The translations under genes were made by a program, and so were the position numbers. The notes beneath the pieces were generated by a model. That model was not told the DNA's origin, made no database searches, and saw nothing but the letters and a program-made list of their open reading frames with translations. This document shows, in pieces, positions 19,000-29,218 of a DNA stretch of 64,000 nucleotides. The stretch's first letter is position 1; each line of letters opens with the position of its first letter. Source of the DNA: an uncultured bacterium (GTDB lineage: Bacteria > Hydrothermota > E44-bin80); NCBI GenBank assembly GCA_964392665.1, contig CAYMQB010000007.1, positions 9,996 through 73,995 of the forward strand, read 5' to 3'.

Positions 19000-19760
19000 T
19001 CTTTTTTCAAATTAAAAAATTTTTCTGCATTACCTGTCGTAATTTCTCCAATATCCTCAAGTGACATGTTTTTTATCCATGCAAGTTTCTTCGCAGTATA
19101 TGCTATAAATGCAGGTTCATTTCTCTTTCCCCTCATTGGAGCAGGAGAAAGATATGGTGCGTCGGTCTCCAATACTATTCGTTCTAAGGGGATCGACTCT
19201 ATAACAGGAGAATATCTGTCGGAATAGGTGATATTCCCACCAAAAGCAACATAGCAACCCATACCCAATGCTTTTTTTGCATCATTATTATTCCCGCAAA
19301 AACAATGAAGTAGAACATTCGGGTAATTTACCTGTTCGAGGATTCTAAACACCTCATCATATGCATCCCTGATATGCAAAACAACCGGGATATTTCTTTC
19401 TTTTGCAAAATTCAACTGCTCAGAAAAAACTCTTATTTGTACTTCTCTCGGAGAATAGTTTCTCTTAAAATCAAGACCAATCTCCCCTACCGCCACGACT
19501 CCGTCCTTCTTCAAAAAATTATCCAATTTGGACAAAATAATATCGTCATATTTCACTGCATCGTGTGGATGTATCCCAACGGCGGCATACATTAAAGGAT
19601 ATTTTTCCGTAAATTCAACTGCCTCTTCACTCGACTTCAAGTCAAAACCGATATTGATTATCTTCTTCACTCCGGCAGACACTGCACTATCAACAACATC
19701 TTCTATGTCCTTTCTGAATGCTCTCATCTGAAGATGACAATGTGTATCTATCAGTTTCAA
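18996..19760 (-). CDS. tatD: TatD-family metal-dependent hydrolase/DNase
   Basis: MKLIDTHCHL..., GIHPHD, TIM-barrel TatD signature residues. Confidence 0.85.
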   Translation of the reverse strand: MKLIDTHCHLQMRAFRKDIEDVVDSAVSAGVKKIINIGFDLKSSEEAVEFTEKYPLMYAAVGIHPHDAVKYDDIILSKLDNFLKKDGVVAVGEIGLDFKRNYSPREVQIRVFSEQLNFAKERNIPVVLHIRDAYDEVFRILEQVNYPNVLLHCFCGNNNDAKKALGMGCYVAFGGNITYSDRYSPVIESIPLERIVLETDAPYLSPAPMRGKRNEPAFIAYTAKKLAWIKNMSLEDIGEITTGNAEKFFNLKKE

Positions 19761-20509
19761 CTCGGGAATCTCGAAAGTATTTCTGCTTTGTTGTCCGATA
19801 CCGCAATCGTGTGCTCGAAATGAGCAGACAATGATCTATCCAAAGTAACTGCTGTCCAACCATCCGAAAGTATTTCAATTTCATGAGAACCCACAATCAC
19901 CATAGGTTCTATTGCAAAAGTCATACCTTTTTCAATGACAATCCCAGTCCCTGCTTTCCCAAAATTTGGTATCGAAGGTTCTTCGTGTAAATTTCTCCCT
20001 ATTCCATGACCCGTGAATTCTCTAACTACAGAGAATCCGTTACTCTCAACATAGGTTTGTACTGCTGAGGATATGTCTCCTATTCTATTGCCTGGTTTCG
20101 CATATCCTATCCCTTCGTAGAGTGCTGCTTTTGTGACCTCAATGAGTTTGGACGCTTCCTCACTTATCTTTCCTACCGATACGGTAATTGCTGCATCACC
20201 ATAGAACCCATCAAGCACAACTCCGAAGTCAAGTCCAACAATCTCTCCATCTCTGAGCGTTCTATTGTTAGGAATACCGTGAATTACAACCTCGTCCACA
20301 GAAACACAAAGAGCAGAAGGATAGCCGTTATATCCCTTAAATGCGGGTATACCCCCTCTTTCTTTGGTCAACTCACAAGCTTTCTCTTCCAAAGTATTCA
20401 CTTTAATCCCCTGTTTGACTATTGCTTCCAGGGATAAAAGTACTTCCATTACAAGAGAATTTGCTCTCCTCATTTTCTCTATTTCTCTCTGGCTCTTTAT
20501 GTAGACCAT
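19757..20509 (-). CDS. map: Methionine aminopeptidase type I
   Basis: IKSQREIEKMRRA..., metal ligands D..D..H..E..E context (GHGIG, FTIEPM-like FAIEPM). Confidence 0.9.
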   Translation of the reverse strand: MVYIKSQREIEKMRRANSLVMEVLLSLEAIVKQGIKVNTLEEKACELTKERGGIPAFKGYNGYPSALCVSVDEVVIHGIPNNRTLRDGEIVGLDFGVVLDGFYGDAAITVSVGKISEEASKLIEVTKAALYEGIGYAKPGNRIGDISSAVQTYVESNGFSVVREFTGHGIGRNLHEEPSIPNFGKAGTGIVIEKGMTFAIEPMVIVGSHEIEILSDGWTAVTLDRSLSAHFEHTIAVSDNKAEILSRFPS

Positions 20510-20732
20510 TAACTGTTTTATATTAAATGTTATAAGTAAGTTCGTTCAGAGTGTTTATATCGTCCTAGTGAAACATGCTTCACATTTCACGGGATAGATT
20601 TAGTTCGTTATTATCGCTAGTTTCGTTCGTCTTTTTGCATTTACAGCTTACCATTTATTTACACTTTTTCCTTTTAACTTTTCACTTATAATTGCTGACT
20701 ATTCCTCACTGACTGCTGCATATTCTCCCGAT

Positions 20733-21398
20733 CTAGTGCGTAAGGGCATATAGAAAAATGTTAATCCCCATCTTGAATGCTTCTTCCCGCTTCTCCGGGG
20801 GGTCATTGTGAATCTCCGGGTCTGCCCACCCATCACTAATATTTGTATCATATGTATAGTAAACAACCATTCTCTCCTTGTGAAACATTCCATAGCCTCT
20901 CGGTGTCCCTCCATCGTGTTTATGAGTCTTAGGAAGTTCCTTTATATTGTAAAAATTGCGGTATATTGGATGGTTATATGGGATTTCAAGCAAATCTTCT
21001 TCCGGAAAAACCCTTTTTATCTCCCTTCTAAATGATTCATCCATTCCATAGTCGTCATCTGCATATACAAATCCTCCGTTTATAAGGTATTGTCTGATTT
21101 GCTTGATTTCATCCTCTGTGAATCGGATATTTCCATGACCTGTTATGAAAACGAAAGGATGACGGAAAATATCATCATCAGAAAATGATAACTCTTTTTC
21201 GTTTGTGTTAACTTTGACCTGTGTCCTTTTATTTATTTCCGCAGTTAAATTCGGTATTATGGAAGGATCGTTATACCAGTCTCCACCCCCTCTATATTTT
21301 AACCTAACAATTGTAATGTTCGCAGATATACTACCTGTTTGCAATAGCATCAAACATAAGATGGTTTTAACTACCTTTCTCGGATTGATCACAAACAT
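20733..21398 (-). CDS. DUF4159-like secreted protein
   Basis: Signal peptide; INGGFVYADDDYG motif reminiscent of DUF4159 (GGFLFxDD). Function unknown. Confidence 0.45.
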   Translation of the reverse strand: MFVINPRKVVKTILCLMLLQTGSISANITIVRLKYRGGGDWYNDPSIIPNLTAEINKRTQVKVNTNEKELSFSDDDIFRHPFVFITGHGNIRFTEDEIKQIRQYLINGGFVYADDDYGMDESFRREIKRVFPEEDLLEIPYNHPIYRNFYNIKELPKTHKHDGGTPRGYGMFHKERMVVYYTYDTNISDGWADPEIHNDPPEKREEAFKMGINIFLYALTH

Positions 21399-21405
21399 CC
21401 TTCAA

Positions 21406-24156
21406 TTATAGTTTTTCTTTTCCAATTCTTTTCTCAAGTAGTTCCTCGATTTTTTTCATTTTGTCAATCTTTGCATTTAGTTTCGAAACGGTTTTTTCAT
21501 ACTCTTTTATATTGGAAGTTTTTTCTATCTCTTCATCCTTCATTTTTTCAAGAGTTGACTCTTTCTCTCTTAGCTCTTTATTAACCCTATTTAGTTCTTT
21601 TCTGCTCTTCCCAACTTCTTCGCTTTCGACCAACTTCAATCCTTCAATAATGGACGTTTTTTCCTTGATTTCTTCGTTCATTCTTTCCAATTCCTCTTTA
21701 CCCTCTTTTTTCTTCTTTTCTACTGTTACATCAAGATTTTGCTTTATCTTCATAAGACTGCCTGTTTTCATTCCCAATCTTTTCTCTTCCTCTTCGAGCT
21801 TTCTTATTCTGTCTGTTATCATCTGTCGGTCCTCAGTGAGTTTTTTCGTCTCTAAAAGTAATTTCTCGAATTCCACCTCTTCTTCACTTTGTTTTTTAAT
21901 CTCTCTTTGCATCTCTTTTATCTTTGCTGCGAGCTCTTTTCTTTTTTCTATTTCACCTGTCATCTCTTGTTTTTGTTTGACTATATCTTCTAAAAGATTC
22001 TCCTTTTCTTGTTTATACCTTGAAATTTCCTTTTTCTCCTCTTCAAACTCCTTCTTCAGTGACTCTCTTTCCTCATTTATCCCTGTAATTCCCGATTCCA
22101 ATTTCTCTTTTATTTTCTCAAGGGTTTTCAAAGTTCCTTCGATTTTTATCTTTTTTTCTGTTAGCGAGTTTATCTCTTCCTTTATTTCTTCCGAAGCGTT
22201 CAGGTTGTCCTCTTTCTCGCTCTTAAGTAAATTAAGTGTTGACTCCAGCTGCCTTTTCTCTTTTTTAAGTTCTTCCACGACATCGTTTTCCTTCCCCATA
22301 TCAGACTTCACCCGACTAAAAGTTTCGAATAAAGTTTCCTTTTTCTCGTCCAGTTCTTCTATCTCTTTTTGTTTACCTTCCTTATCAATCTGTAATTCTA
22401 AAAGATCAGCTTCAATATTTTCCCTCTCATTCAGAATTGTCTGCCTTTCTGCTTTTAACTTCACGATTTCTTCGGTGGCTTTCTCCAATTCCTCGAGCAA
22501 GTTTGCGTGTTCTTTTTCTCTCTCCTTCGTTCCCCACAAAATCTCATCTCCTGCAGTTTTCAGATTCTCAATTTCTTGTTCTGTTTTCTCCTTTTCTTTC
22601 AACCTGTCTTCTATCGAACTTCTTACTTCATCTTCTTCCTTTTTAATGGCAGTAAGATTCTTCTCCTCTTCCTTTTTTTCATCATCAAATTCTACATAAG
22701 CTTTCTCAAGTGATTCCATCTCTTTTTTGAGTTTCTTAAGTTCATTGTTCGCCTTTCCTATCTCTTTGGCTCTTTCATCGAACTGATTACCAACTTCTAT
22801 AAGTTCCTGTTCTTTTTCAGATATCGATTGTATAAGTTGAGATTCCTGCTCTCCTAAGTGCTGAATTTTATGAGCAAGATCGAGTTCATCCCCCATTCCC
22901 TTACCAAGACCCTCCTCGAGCTTGTTCAAATCACTCTTCTTCTCTTCTATCAGTTTAAGAAATTTATCTCTTTCATCTGTAAGATCTTTCACTTGAGATT
23001 TCAGCTTCTCTGCTTTCTCTTTCTCTTTCTCACTCGAAGTAATTTCTGCCTTCAATTGCTTAAGTTCCCTCCTCTGTTCCTTTAATTCGTTTTCTTTCCC
23101 TTTTTGTTCTTCTTCCAAAACTTCAACATAATCTTTTTTCTCCTTAATTGAAGCATTTAGTTTTTCTATTTCATTATTTTTTTCCCGTTCCTCTTTTGTG
23201 AGTTCTTCCATCATTTTCTTTTCATCAATCGATTTTTTCTTCTGAAGAGCAACGATTTCTTCCTCGTACTTCCTTTTCTCTTTTTCAAAAATTTTCCGCG
23301 TTTTTGATATCTCTTTTTCCAGTTGGTTTTTTTCTTCTTCCAAACTTGCATTATCTTTTACAAATGTTTCGATTTTTTCTTTCTTTTTTTCAAGAACAGC
23401 TAAAGTCTGCTTGCATTCCTTTTCCCTCAGTTCTTCCTTTTCGACATCTCTTAAGACCAAATTTCTTTTTTTCTGAAGCTCTTTCAATGAGGTGGAAAGC
23501 TCCATCTCCTCACTCATTCTAATCCCGCTCTTTTCGGTAATCTTCTCCAATTCATCTTGTTTTTCTTTCAGTTCACTTGCTATTTCTTCCAAATCTTTCT
23601 GATTTCTTTTCAGCTCTGTCTTCATGTTCCTATTCTTCTGTGTATTCTCCTCTACCTCATCTTTCAACGAATTCATTTCCTTATTTAAGGATTTTATATC
23701 TTCCCTTTTTTTCTGTATCAGCTGTCCTGTTAATGCATCTTCTTCTTTGATTTCGGATATTTGCTTTCTTAAATTTTCAAGTTGCACGGTTAATTTTTCT
23801 TTTTCATCATTCAACTTTTTTATGTTGTCTTTAACTTCTTTTCCCTTGGCTCCTAATTCTGTTTCTATTCTCGGTGCTTTTTGCCCTTTTTGCTGTTCCT
23901 TCTTAAAAACCATTAATTCCTGTTTTCTCTTCCAAATCTCAACACCGATAGATTCTTTCTCCTCACTAACTTCTTCAACTTTCTTTTCGACACCCCTTAG
24001 TTCTTTCTTTTTTTCTTCGATTCTTTGTGTAAGGTCCAATTCCTCACTCCATATGGATGCAAGAGAATCTTCTATTTCTTTCTTCTCTTTCTTTCTCTGT
24101 TCAATTTCTGCTATTATTTTTGCAAGTTCTTTGTTCAGGACTTTTTTGTTTTTCAA
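21406..24156 (-). CDS. Large K/E-rich coiled-coil protein (916 aa), no enzymatic domain
   Basis: Continuous heptad-like E/K/L-rich sequence over the entire length. No Walker motifs, signal peptide or TM segment are present. Antisense ORFs are low-complexity mirror artefacts. Confidence 0.7.
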   Translation of the reverse strand: MKNKKVLNKELAKIIAEIEQRKKEKKEIEDSLASIWSEELDLTQRIEEKKKELRGVEKKVEEVSEEKESIGVEIWKRKQELMVFKKEQQKGQKAPRIETELGAKGKEVKDNIKKLNDEKEKLTVQLENLRKQISEIKEEDALTGQLIQKKREDIKSLNKEMNSLKDEVEENTQKNRNMKTELKRNQKDLEEIASELKEKQDELEKITEKSGIRMSEEMELSTSLKELQKKRNLVLRDVEKEELREKECKQTLAVLEKKKEKIETFVKDNASLEEEKNQLEKEISKTRKIFEKEKRKYEEEIVALQKKKSIDEKKMMEELTKEEREKNNEIEKLNASIKEKKDYVEVLEEEQKGKENELKEQRRELKQLKAEITSSEKEKEKAEKLKSQVKDLTDERDKFLKLIEEKKSDLNKLEEGLGKGMGDELDLAHKIQHLGEQESQLIQSISEKEQELIEVGNQFDERAKEIGKANNELKKLKKEMESLEKAYVEFDDEKKEEEKNLTAIKKEEDEVRSSIEDRLKEKEKTEQEIENLKTAGDEILWGTKEREKEHANLLEELEKATEEIVKLKAERQTILNERENIEADLLELQIDKEGKQKEIEELDEKKETLFETFSRVKSDMGKENDVVEELKKEKRQLESTLNLLKSEKEDNLNASEEIKEEINSLTEKKIKIEGTLKTLEKIKEKLESGITGINEERESLKKEFEEEKKEISRYKQEKENLLEDIVKQKQEMTGEIEKRKELAAKIKEMQREIKKQSEEEVEFEKLLLETKKLTEDRQMITDRIRKLEEEEKRLGMKTGSLMKIKQNLDVTVEKKKKEGKEELERMNEEIKEKTSIIEGLKLVESEEVGKSRKELNRVNKELREKESTLEKMKDEEIEKTSNIKEYEKTVSKLNAKIDKMKKIEELLEKRIGKEKL

Positions 24157-25133
24157 TCTTTTCCTCCCGATATAATAAGCAGTCCATTATTGCCTTTCCT
24201 TCCCCTTGGATGGAAATCCCTTATTATCTTTTGCAAATAATCTTTGGTAATGTGTGTGTATATCTGCGTCGTTGTTATATCGCTATGACCAAGAAGTGTT
24301 TGAACAACACGCAAGTCTGCTCCTCCTTCAAGTAGATGAGTTGCAAAACTGTGTCGGAATGTGTGAGGAGTAATCTTTTTTGATATACCCGCTTTCAAGC
24401 AGTATCTTTTGAATCGCTTCCAGAAACCCATTCTGCTCATTTTCTTACCACGCTTGCTAAGAAATAGCACACCATCTGATTTCCCCTTATCCAACTCACT
24501 CCTGGCTTTTGCAAGATATAAATTCAAAGAATCCATTGCATAATTCCCGATTGGTACAATTCTTTCTTTTTCACCTTTCCCGTAACAGATAAGGAAGGAT
24601 TCGTCGAAATCTATATTCTCAACTTTAAGACTTAACAATTCGGAAATTCTTAATCCGCAAGCATAAAGTAGTTCAAGTGCTGCCTTATCTCGTATCCCGA
24701 GAGTTTCTTTTCTCTCTGGTTGTTGAAGTATCTTCTCTATTTCACTAACATCAAGGACATTTGGCAGTTTTCTCTTGATCTGTGGTGACTCGATAATGGT
24801 TGTCGGGTCCTCCATTATTAATCCTTCTCCCATTAAGAATCTGAAGAAACTCCTGAGCGAACTAATTTTCCTTGAAAGTGTACTGGAGGCAATTCCTGGT
24901 TGATTAACAGATTGGATGAAATTTACTACATCGACCTCCTCCACCTTATCGAGTTTTCTGCTTTTGGATGTTACATATTTCGTAAATTGCCTGACATCTC
25001 TTTCATATGCATCAATGGTATTAAAGCTGAAGCCTCTTTCCCCGGCAAGATAATCCACATAGGATTTAACCACCTTTTCAATCCCATTAGAGTTCAAAAA
25101 CATCTCCTCTTTCCGGAATGTGAACGCTTCCAC
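24153..25133 (-). CDS. Tyrosine site-specific recombinase XerC/XerD
   Basis: C-terminal catalytic motifs R..HxxR..Y: HTFRHSFATHLLEGGADLRVVQTLLGHSDITTTQIYTH. Confidence 0.85.
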   Translation of the reverse strand: MEAFTFRKEEMFLNSNGIEKVVKSYVDYLAGERGFSFNTIDAYERDVRQFTKYVTSKSRKLDKVEEVDVVNFIQSVNQPGIASSTLSRKISSLRSFFRFLMGEGLIMEDPTTIIESPQIKRKLPNVLDVSEIEKILQQPERKETLGIRDKAALELLYACGLRISELLSLKVENIDFDESFLICYGKGEKERIVPIGNYAMDSLNLYLAKARSELDKGKSDGVLFLSKRGKKMSRMGFWKRFKRYCLKAGISKKITPHTFRHSFATHLLEGGADLRVVQTLLGHSDITTTQIYTHITKDYLQKIIRDFHPRGRKGNNGLLIISGGKD

Positions 25134-26475
25134 TATGCAATTCTTCGATTCCTTGATAAAGTTTTTCTATCTGGTCGCTGTCTCCATGAACGCAGAAAAT
25201 CTTCTTTGCACCACTTCCCTTAACATAATTTAAAAGGTCTTCTCTATCACCATGAGAACTGAACTCGTTAAGAATTACAACATCGGCTTTTCTCTCATAT
25301 TCTTCTCCAAAAATTCTTACGATTTTTTTCTTTTCAACTAAATTTCGTCCAAGCGTACCTTCCGCCTGGTAACCAACGATAAGAACAGTGTTTCTTTCAT
25401 CCCCTACTGAATTTTTCAAATGATGGAGTATTCTCCCCGCTTCACACATACCCGAAGCGGATATTATAATACAAGTTCCTTTAATGCTGTTCAATTGTTT
25501 CGATTCCTCAACATCCTTTATGTAGGTTAGACGTTCAAAACCGAAAGGATCTTCATGATTTCTTATAATCTGTAATGTTTCCTTATCAAAACACTCGGGG
25601 TGTCTCTTAAATACTTCGGTTACATTAACGCTTAAAGGACTATCGACGAATATTGGTATGTCAGGAAGTTCGTTCCTCTCGTGGATTTTTTGAATTTCAT
25701 AAACAATCTCCTGGGTCCTACCTACTGAAAATGCGGGAATAATAATTTTCCCTCTTCTCTTCACAGTACGGTCTATCAAACCCTCTAAAATGCTCGAAAC
25801 CTCTTTGTATGCTCTGTGGTACCTTCCACCATAAGTCGATTCGGTAATAAGAAAATCCACATCTTTAACCTGATAAGGATTTCTTATTATGGGAAGCTCT
25901 TTCCTGCCAAGATCACCGGTAAAGAGAAGCCTTTTTGTTCCGTTTTTCTCTTTCACTTCGATAAGAATAACAGCGGAACCAAGAATATGCCCTGCATCAT
26001 GGAAAATCACACGCAGGCTATCTGAAACAACAAACCACTTGTCGTATTCGATTGTTTCAATACGCTTCAAAGCTTCATCAACATCTTCCTTTGAGTAAAG
26101 CGGTTCTTTTGCCGGAAGACCTTTTCTCTTCCTTTTTCTATTAAGATATTCCGTGTCTTTCTTCTGAATATAGGCAGAATCGTAAAGCATAATACTGATA
26201 AGATCTGCAGTAGCAGAAGTCGTTACGATCTTTCCAGTAAATCCAGATTTAATCAGCGTTGGTATATTTCCGCTATGGTCGATGTGTGCATGAGAGAGAA
26301 AAAGATAATCTAAGCTTTCAAGATGCTTAACCGGAATCTTACGGTTTCTCGATTCCGCTTCATCCCGGTGACCTTGATAAAGACCACAATCAAGGATGAA
26401 CCTTTTGCCAGCAACTTCTACATAATGAAGAGAACCTGTAACAGTCCTTGTGGCTCCCCAAAACTGTAACAACAT
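25087..26475 (-). CDS. MBL-fold beta-CASP ribonuclease (RNA-metabolising metallo-beta-lactamase)
   Basis: HAHIDHSG zinc motif, beta-CASP and C-terminal motifs (HxSGHA-like SSHGD), about 460 aa typical of the RNase J/CPSF-like family. Confidence 0.8.
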   Translation of the reverse strand: MLLQFWGATRTVTGSLHYVEVAGKRFILDCGLYQGHRDEAESRNRKIPVKHLESLDYLFLSHAHIDHSGNIPTLIKSGFTGKIVTTSATADLISIMLYDSAYIQKKDTEYLNRKRKRKGLPAKEPLYSKEDVDEALKRIETIEYDKWFVVSDSLRVIFHDAGHILGSAVILIEVKEKNGTKRLLFTGDLGRKELPIIRNPYQVKDVDFLITESTYGGRYHRAYKEVSSILEGLIDRTVKRRGKIIIPAFSVGRTQEIVYEIQKIHERNELPDIPIFVDSPLSVNVTEVFKRHPECFDKETLQIIRNHEDPFGFERLTYIKDVEESKQLNSIKGTCIIISASGMCEAGRILHHLKNSVGDERNTVLIVGYQAEGTLGRNLVEKKKIVRIFGEEYERKADVVILNEFSSHGDREDLLNYVKGSGAKKIFCVHGDSDQIEKLYQGIEELHSGSVHIPERGDVFEL

Positions 26476-26498
26476 ATATTTACTCTTTCAAACGCCTA

Positions 26499-26972
26499 TT
26501 AAAGATTAAATGTGTATCGAATACCTAATCCACCTTCGAGGTCGAAATCCGTTTTGGGAACGAAACTCATAACAGGTGCAATTTCAATAAACATATCCAG
26601 GGGAACACTCCGCGGAATAAATTCCAATCCACCAACCCCCCTGAGACCGAATAAATTATCGTTATTCCCATTTGTATTGTCCTTGAATTTCATCCTCGCT
26701 CCAATACCAAGATATGAATAAAGAGTCCTTTTAGAAACACCCTCCATCGTAAGAGGAAAATGGTAAAGATAATCACCATGTAGATGGAAATAATCATTTT
26801 CAAAATTCCAGGCAAGCGCAAGGTCAAAAGCGACCTTTCTTGATTGCCAAAACTTAAGACTTAAACCTGTTGGGGCACCGAGAATTATTCCAACACCTAG
26901 TTGATTTGCAGACAATACCGAACAGAGAAAAATTGACGTCAATATGGACAAAAAACACCTTTTTAACAGCAT
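26499..26972 (-). CDS. Small outer-membrane beta-barrel protein (hypothetical)
   Basis: Signal peptide, alternating amphipathic strands, Gly/aromatic-rich; 157 aa. Confidence 0.5.
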   Translation of the reverse strand: MLLKRCFLSILTSIFLCSVLSANQLGVGIILGAPTGLSLKFWQSRKVAFDLALAWNFENDYFHLHGDYLYHFPLTMEGVSKRTLYSYLGIGARMKFKDNTNGNNDNLFGLRGVGGLEFIPRSVPLDMFIEIAPVMSFVPKTDFDLEGGLGIRYTFNL

Positions 26973-27232
26973 CTTTCCCTCCTTCTAAAGAGGTTTACAT
27001 AAAAGTTAACTATCCATATAACATTTCACAAGAGTTTTGTCAAGAAAAAACACAGGAACTTTCCGGTTCAGATAATAATACACAACAATGGAATACTGAC
27101 ATTTTTAATTTGCAAAAAACCTGACATTTTCTACTTGCAGTGACAAAAAATTAGAAATGTCTTGACAAAATAAGCTAATTATGATAGTTTTCTTCTGTGT
27201 TTTTTAAGTATCGCGAAACAGCGAAAGGAGTT

Positions 27233-27664
27233 ATGATGAAAAAATTACTGATAATTTTGTCACTCTTTGCTCTGGTCCTTACCCTAAGTAACTGCGAAAG
27301 AAAGGGAACAGTCACTGACATCGCAAGAATCAAACAGGCAGATAGAGCAACTAAAATGCTCAAGAATGCGCTCGAAGAATACTATCTTGAACATAATACC
27401 TATCCTGCAGAGGGAGTTAATATTAAAGAAACCCTATTACCATATATTCAAAAAACTGCTACGGCAGACGGAGACAGTGTGAGTAAGTGGGATACAGAGA
27501 TTCAGCCATCCTTCTCCGATGTGCTTGTATACTCGAGTAAAGATCCTAAGACTAATTATTTTCTAAAAACCAAGGCTACCGATATCAACAAAACTCCGGT
27601 TTTCATCAGACCTTCTATAATTCGAAAGACCGAAGAAGAGGAAAAAGAAAAGAAAAAGAAGTAA
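27233..27664 (+). CDS. Hypothetical lipoprotein with K/E-rich tail
   Basis: AAAGGAG SD then MMKKLLIILSLFALVLTLSNC lipobox. Confidence 0.55.
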   Translation: MMKKLLIILSLFALVLTLSNCERKGTVTDIARIKQADRATKMLKNALEEYYLEHNTYPAEGVNIKETLLPYIQKTATADGDSVSKWDTEIQPSFSDVLVYSSKDPKTNYFLKTKATDINKTPVFIRPSIIRKTEEEEKEKKKK

Positions 27665-27677
27665 CAGGAGGTTAATA

Positions 27678-28850
27678 ATGGTAAAAAAGCTTTTCGTTTT
27701 TTTCATTCTTTCATCCTTAATCGGATGCGCAACAACCCAGACCGTAAAAAAGGGGGAACCACCAAAGAAAGAAGAAAAGACAGGTGAATGTAAAAAACAC
27801 TTCAACATTGGCTTCGAATATCAAAAGATGAAAATGTGGGACGACGCAAGGATAAATTTTGAAAAGGCAATAACCTGCAGCACGACATACGTGGATGCTT
27901 ACTTGGGGCTGGGTAAGGTATATATCGAAATACAGCAGTATGGTCTTGCTGAACAAACATATAATTCATTAATAGAGAATGTTCCAAAGACTATTAAAGG
28001 GTATACCGGTCTCGGTGCTTTGCTTGTAAAAATTTCGAGATACGACAAGGCAAAAGAGGTTTACGATGAGGCTGTTGCAATCGATTCAACAAATTCCAGT
28101 ATCCATCACGGGATTGGATACATGTATGAGAAAATGAAGAAATACGAAAATGCAGAGAGACATTACCTGAAAGCTCATGAACTCGATCCTACGAACAGGG
28201 CAATTTCATACGCACTTTCCAAAATATTATTGAAATTGGATAAAAGTAGAGAAGCAATTGCTCTTCTTGAAAAAATTGCAAAGGAATTTCCTAACGATAT
28301 AGATGTTCGACTTACTCTGGGTGATGCATACTATGATATAAAAAACTACGCAAAGTCACTGAAAGAATATTTATTTGTAGAACCAAAACTTAAAGAATTC
28401 GGAACAATATACATAAAGATAGCAAAATCATATGAGGGGCTCAGGAATTACTCTAAAGCGGCTGAGTACTTTGTTATCGGTATTTCAAAAAGCGAAAACA
28501 AGATAATCCCATACTACAATCTCATAAATATGTACCTCGCAAAGGTAAAAAACTATGGTAAAGCACAGAAATATATCACTGAAGCATTTGCAATCTCCCC
28601 AGGTGACCCTGCGCTCAACTGCATGAATGGGGACGTATACATTGGGTATGGTAATGGGGCAAGGGCAAGAGCAAAAAAAACAGGTAAGAAAAAAGACTAT
28701 GAGACTGCAATTTCATACTACAAAACCTCTAAAGCGTGGTATGGAAAGGCTTTAGGAGACCCAAAATGGTGCACATATGCAGGCAAGGCAATAAACTTAG
28801 CTGATGCGAAGATCAAAAATACAAAACAAGAAATGTGGTATGGCGATTAA
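27678..28850 (+). CDS. TPR-repeat lipoprotein
   Basis: Lipobox LIGC; multiple 34-residue TPR units (AYLGLGKVYIEIQQYGLAEQTYN...). Confidence 0.7.
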   Translation: MVKKLFVFFILSSLIGCATTQTVKKGEPPKKEEKTGECKKHFNIGFEYQKMKMWDDARINFEKAITCSTTYVDAYLGLGKVYIEIQQYGLAEQTYNSLIENVPKTIKGYTGLGALLVKISRYDKAKEVYDEAVAIDSTNSSIHHGIGYMYEKMKKYENAERHYLKAHELDPTNRAISYALSKILLKLDKSREAIALLEKIAKEFPNDIDVRLTLGDAYYDIKNYAKSLKEYLFVEPKLKEFGTIYIKIAKSYEGLRNYSKAAEYFVIGISKSENKIIPYYNLINMYLAKVKNYGKAQKYITEAFAISPGDPALNCMNGDVYIGYGNGARARAKKTGKKKDYETAISYYKTSKAWYGKALGDPKWCTYAGKAINLADAKIKNTKQEMWYGD

Positions 28851-28867
28851 ATAAAAAAGGAGCCATT

Positions 28868-29218
28868 ATGGGCAAAAAGCTATTGTTTTTAATAATTTTG
28901 GCTTTAATTGTATATGGAATATGGTCAACAATAAACATGCTCGGAGTTAAAATTCGCTACGGAAAAATCCTTGACTCAACAAAATCAATTGTGAAATACA
29001 CTTCGAATGATACCGACCAAAAGATTCTAAGAAAACTGAAAAATAATGCTGAAGAGGCAGGCGTAACACTAACAGAAGAAGATATCGAAATATCAAGATT
29101 CGACAGTAATGACATCACGATTTACATATCGTATGCAGATAGTGCAATTTTACCTTTTTCTCTAAAAAAATTCTATTATGACCAGGAAATAGAAGTTTCC
29201 AAAGGCGATGTTGAATGA
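28868..29218 (+). CDS. Small membrane-anchored hypothetical protein
   Basis: AAGGAG SD; single N-terminal TM (LLFLIILALIVYGIW). Confidence 0.4.
   Translation: MGKKLLFLIILALIVYGIWSTINMLGVKIRYGKILDSTKSIVKYTSNDTDQKILRKLKNNAEEAGVTLTEEDIEISRFDSNDITIYISYADSAILPFSLKKFYYDQEIEVSKGDVE

Noticed and set aside
21461-24335. Several plus-strand Ser/Phe-rich ORFs (up to 412 aa)
   Set aside because: Antisense low-complexity frames opposite the K/E-rich coiled-coil gene (AAG/GAA-rich sense gives CTT/TTC-rich antisense); no signals of their own.
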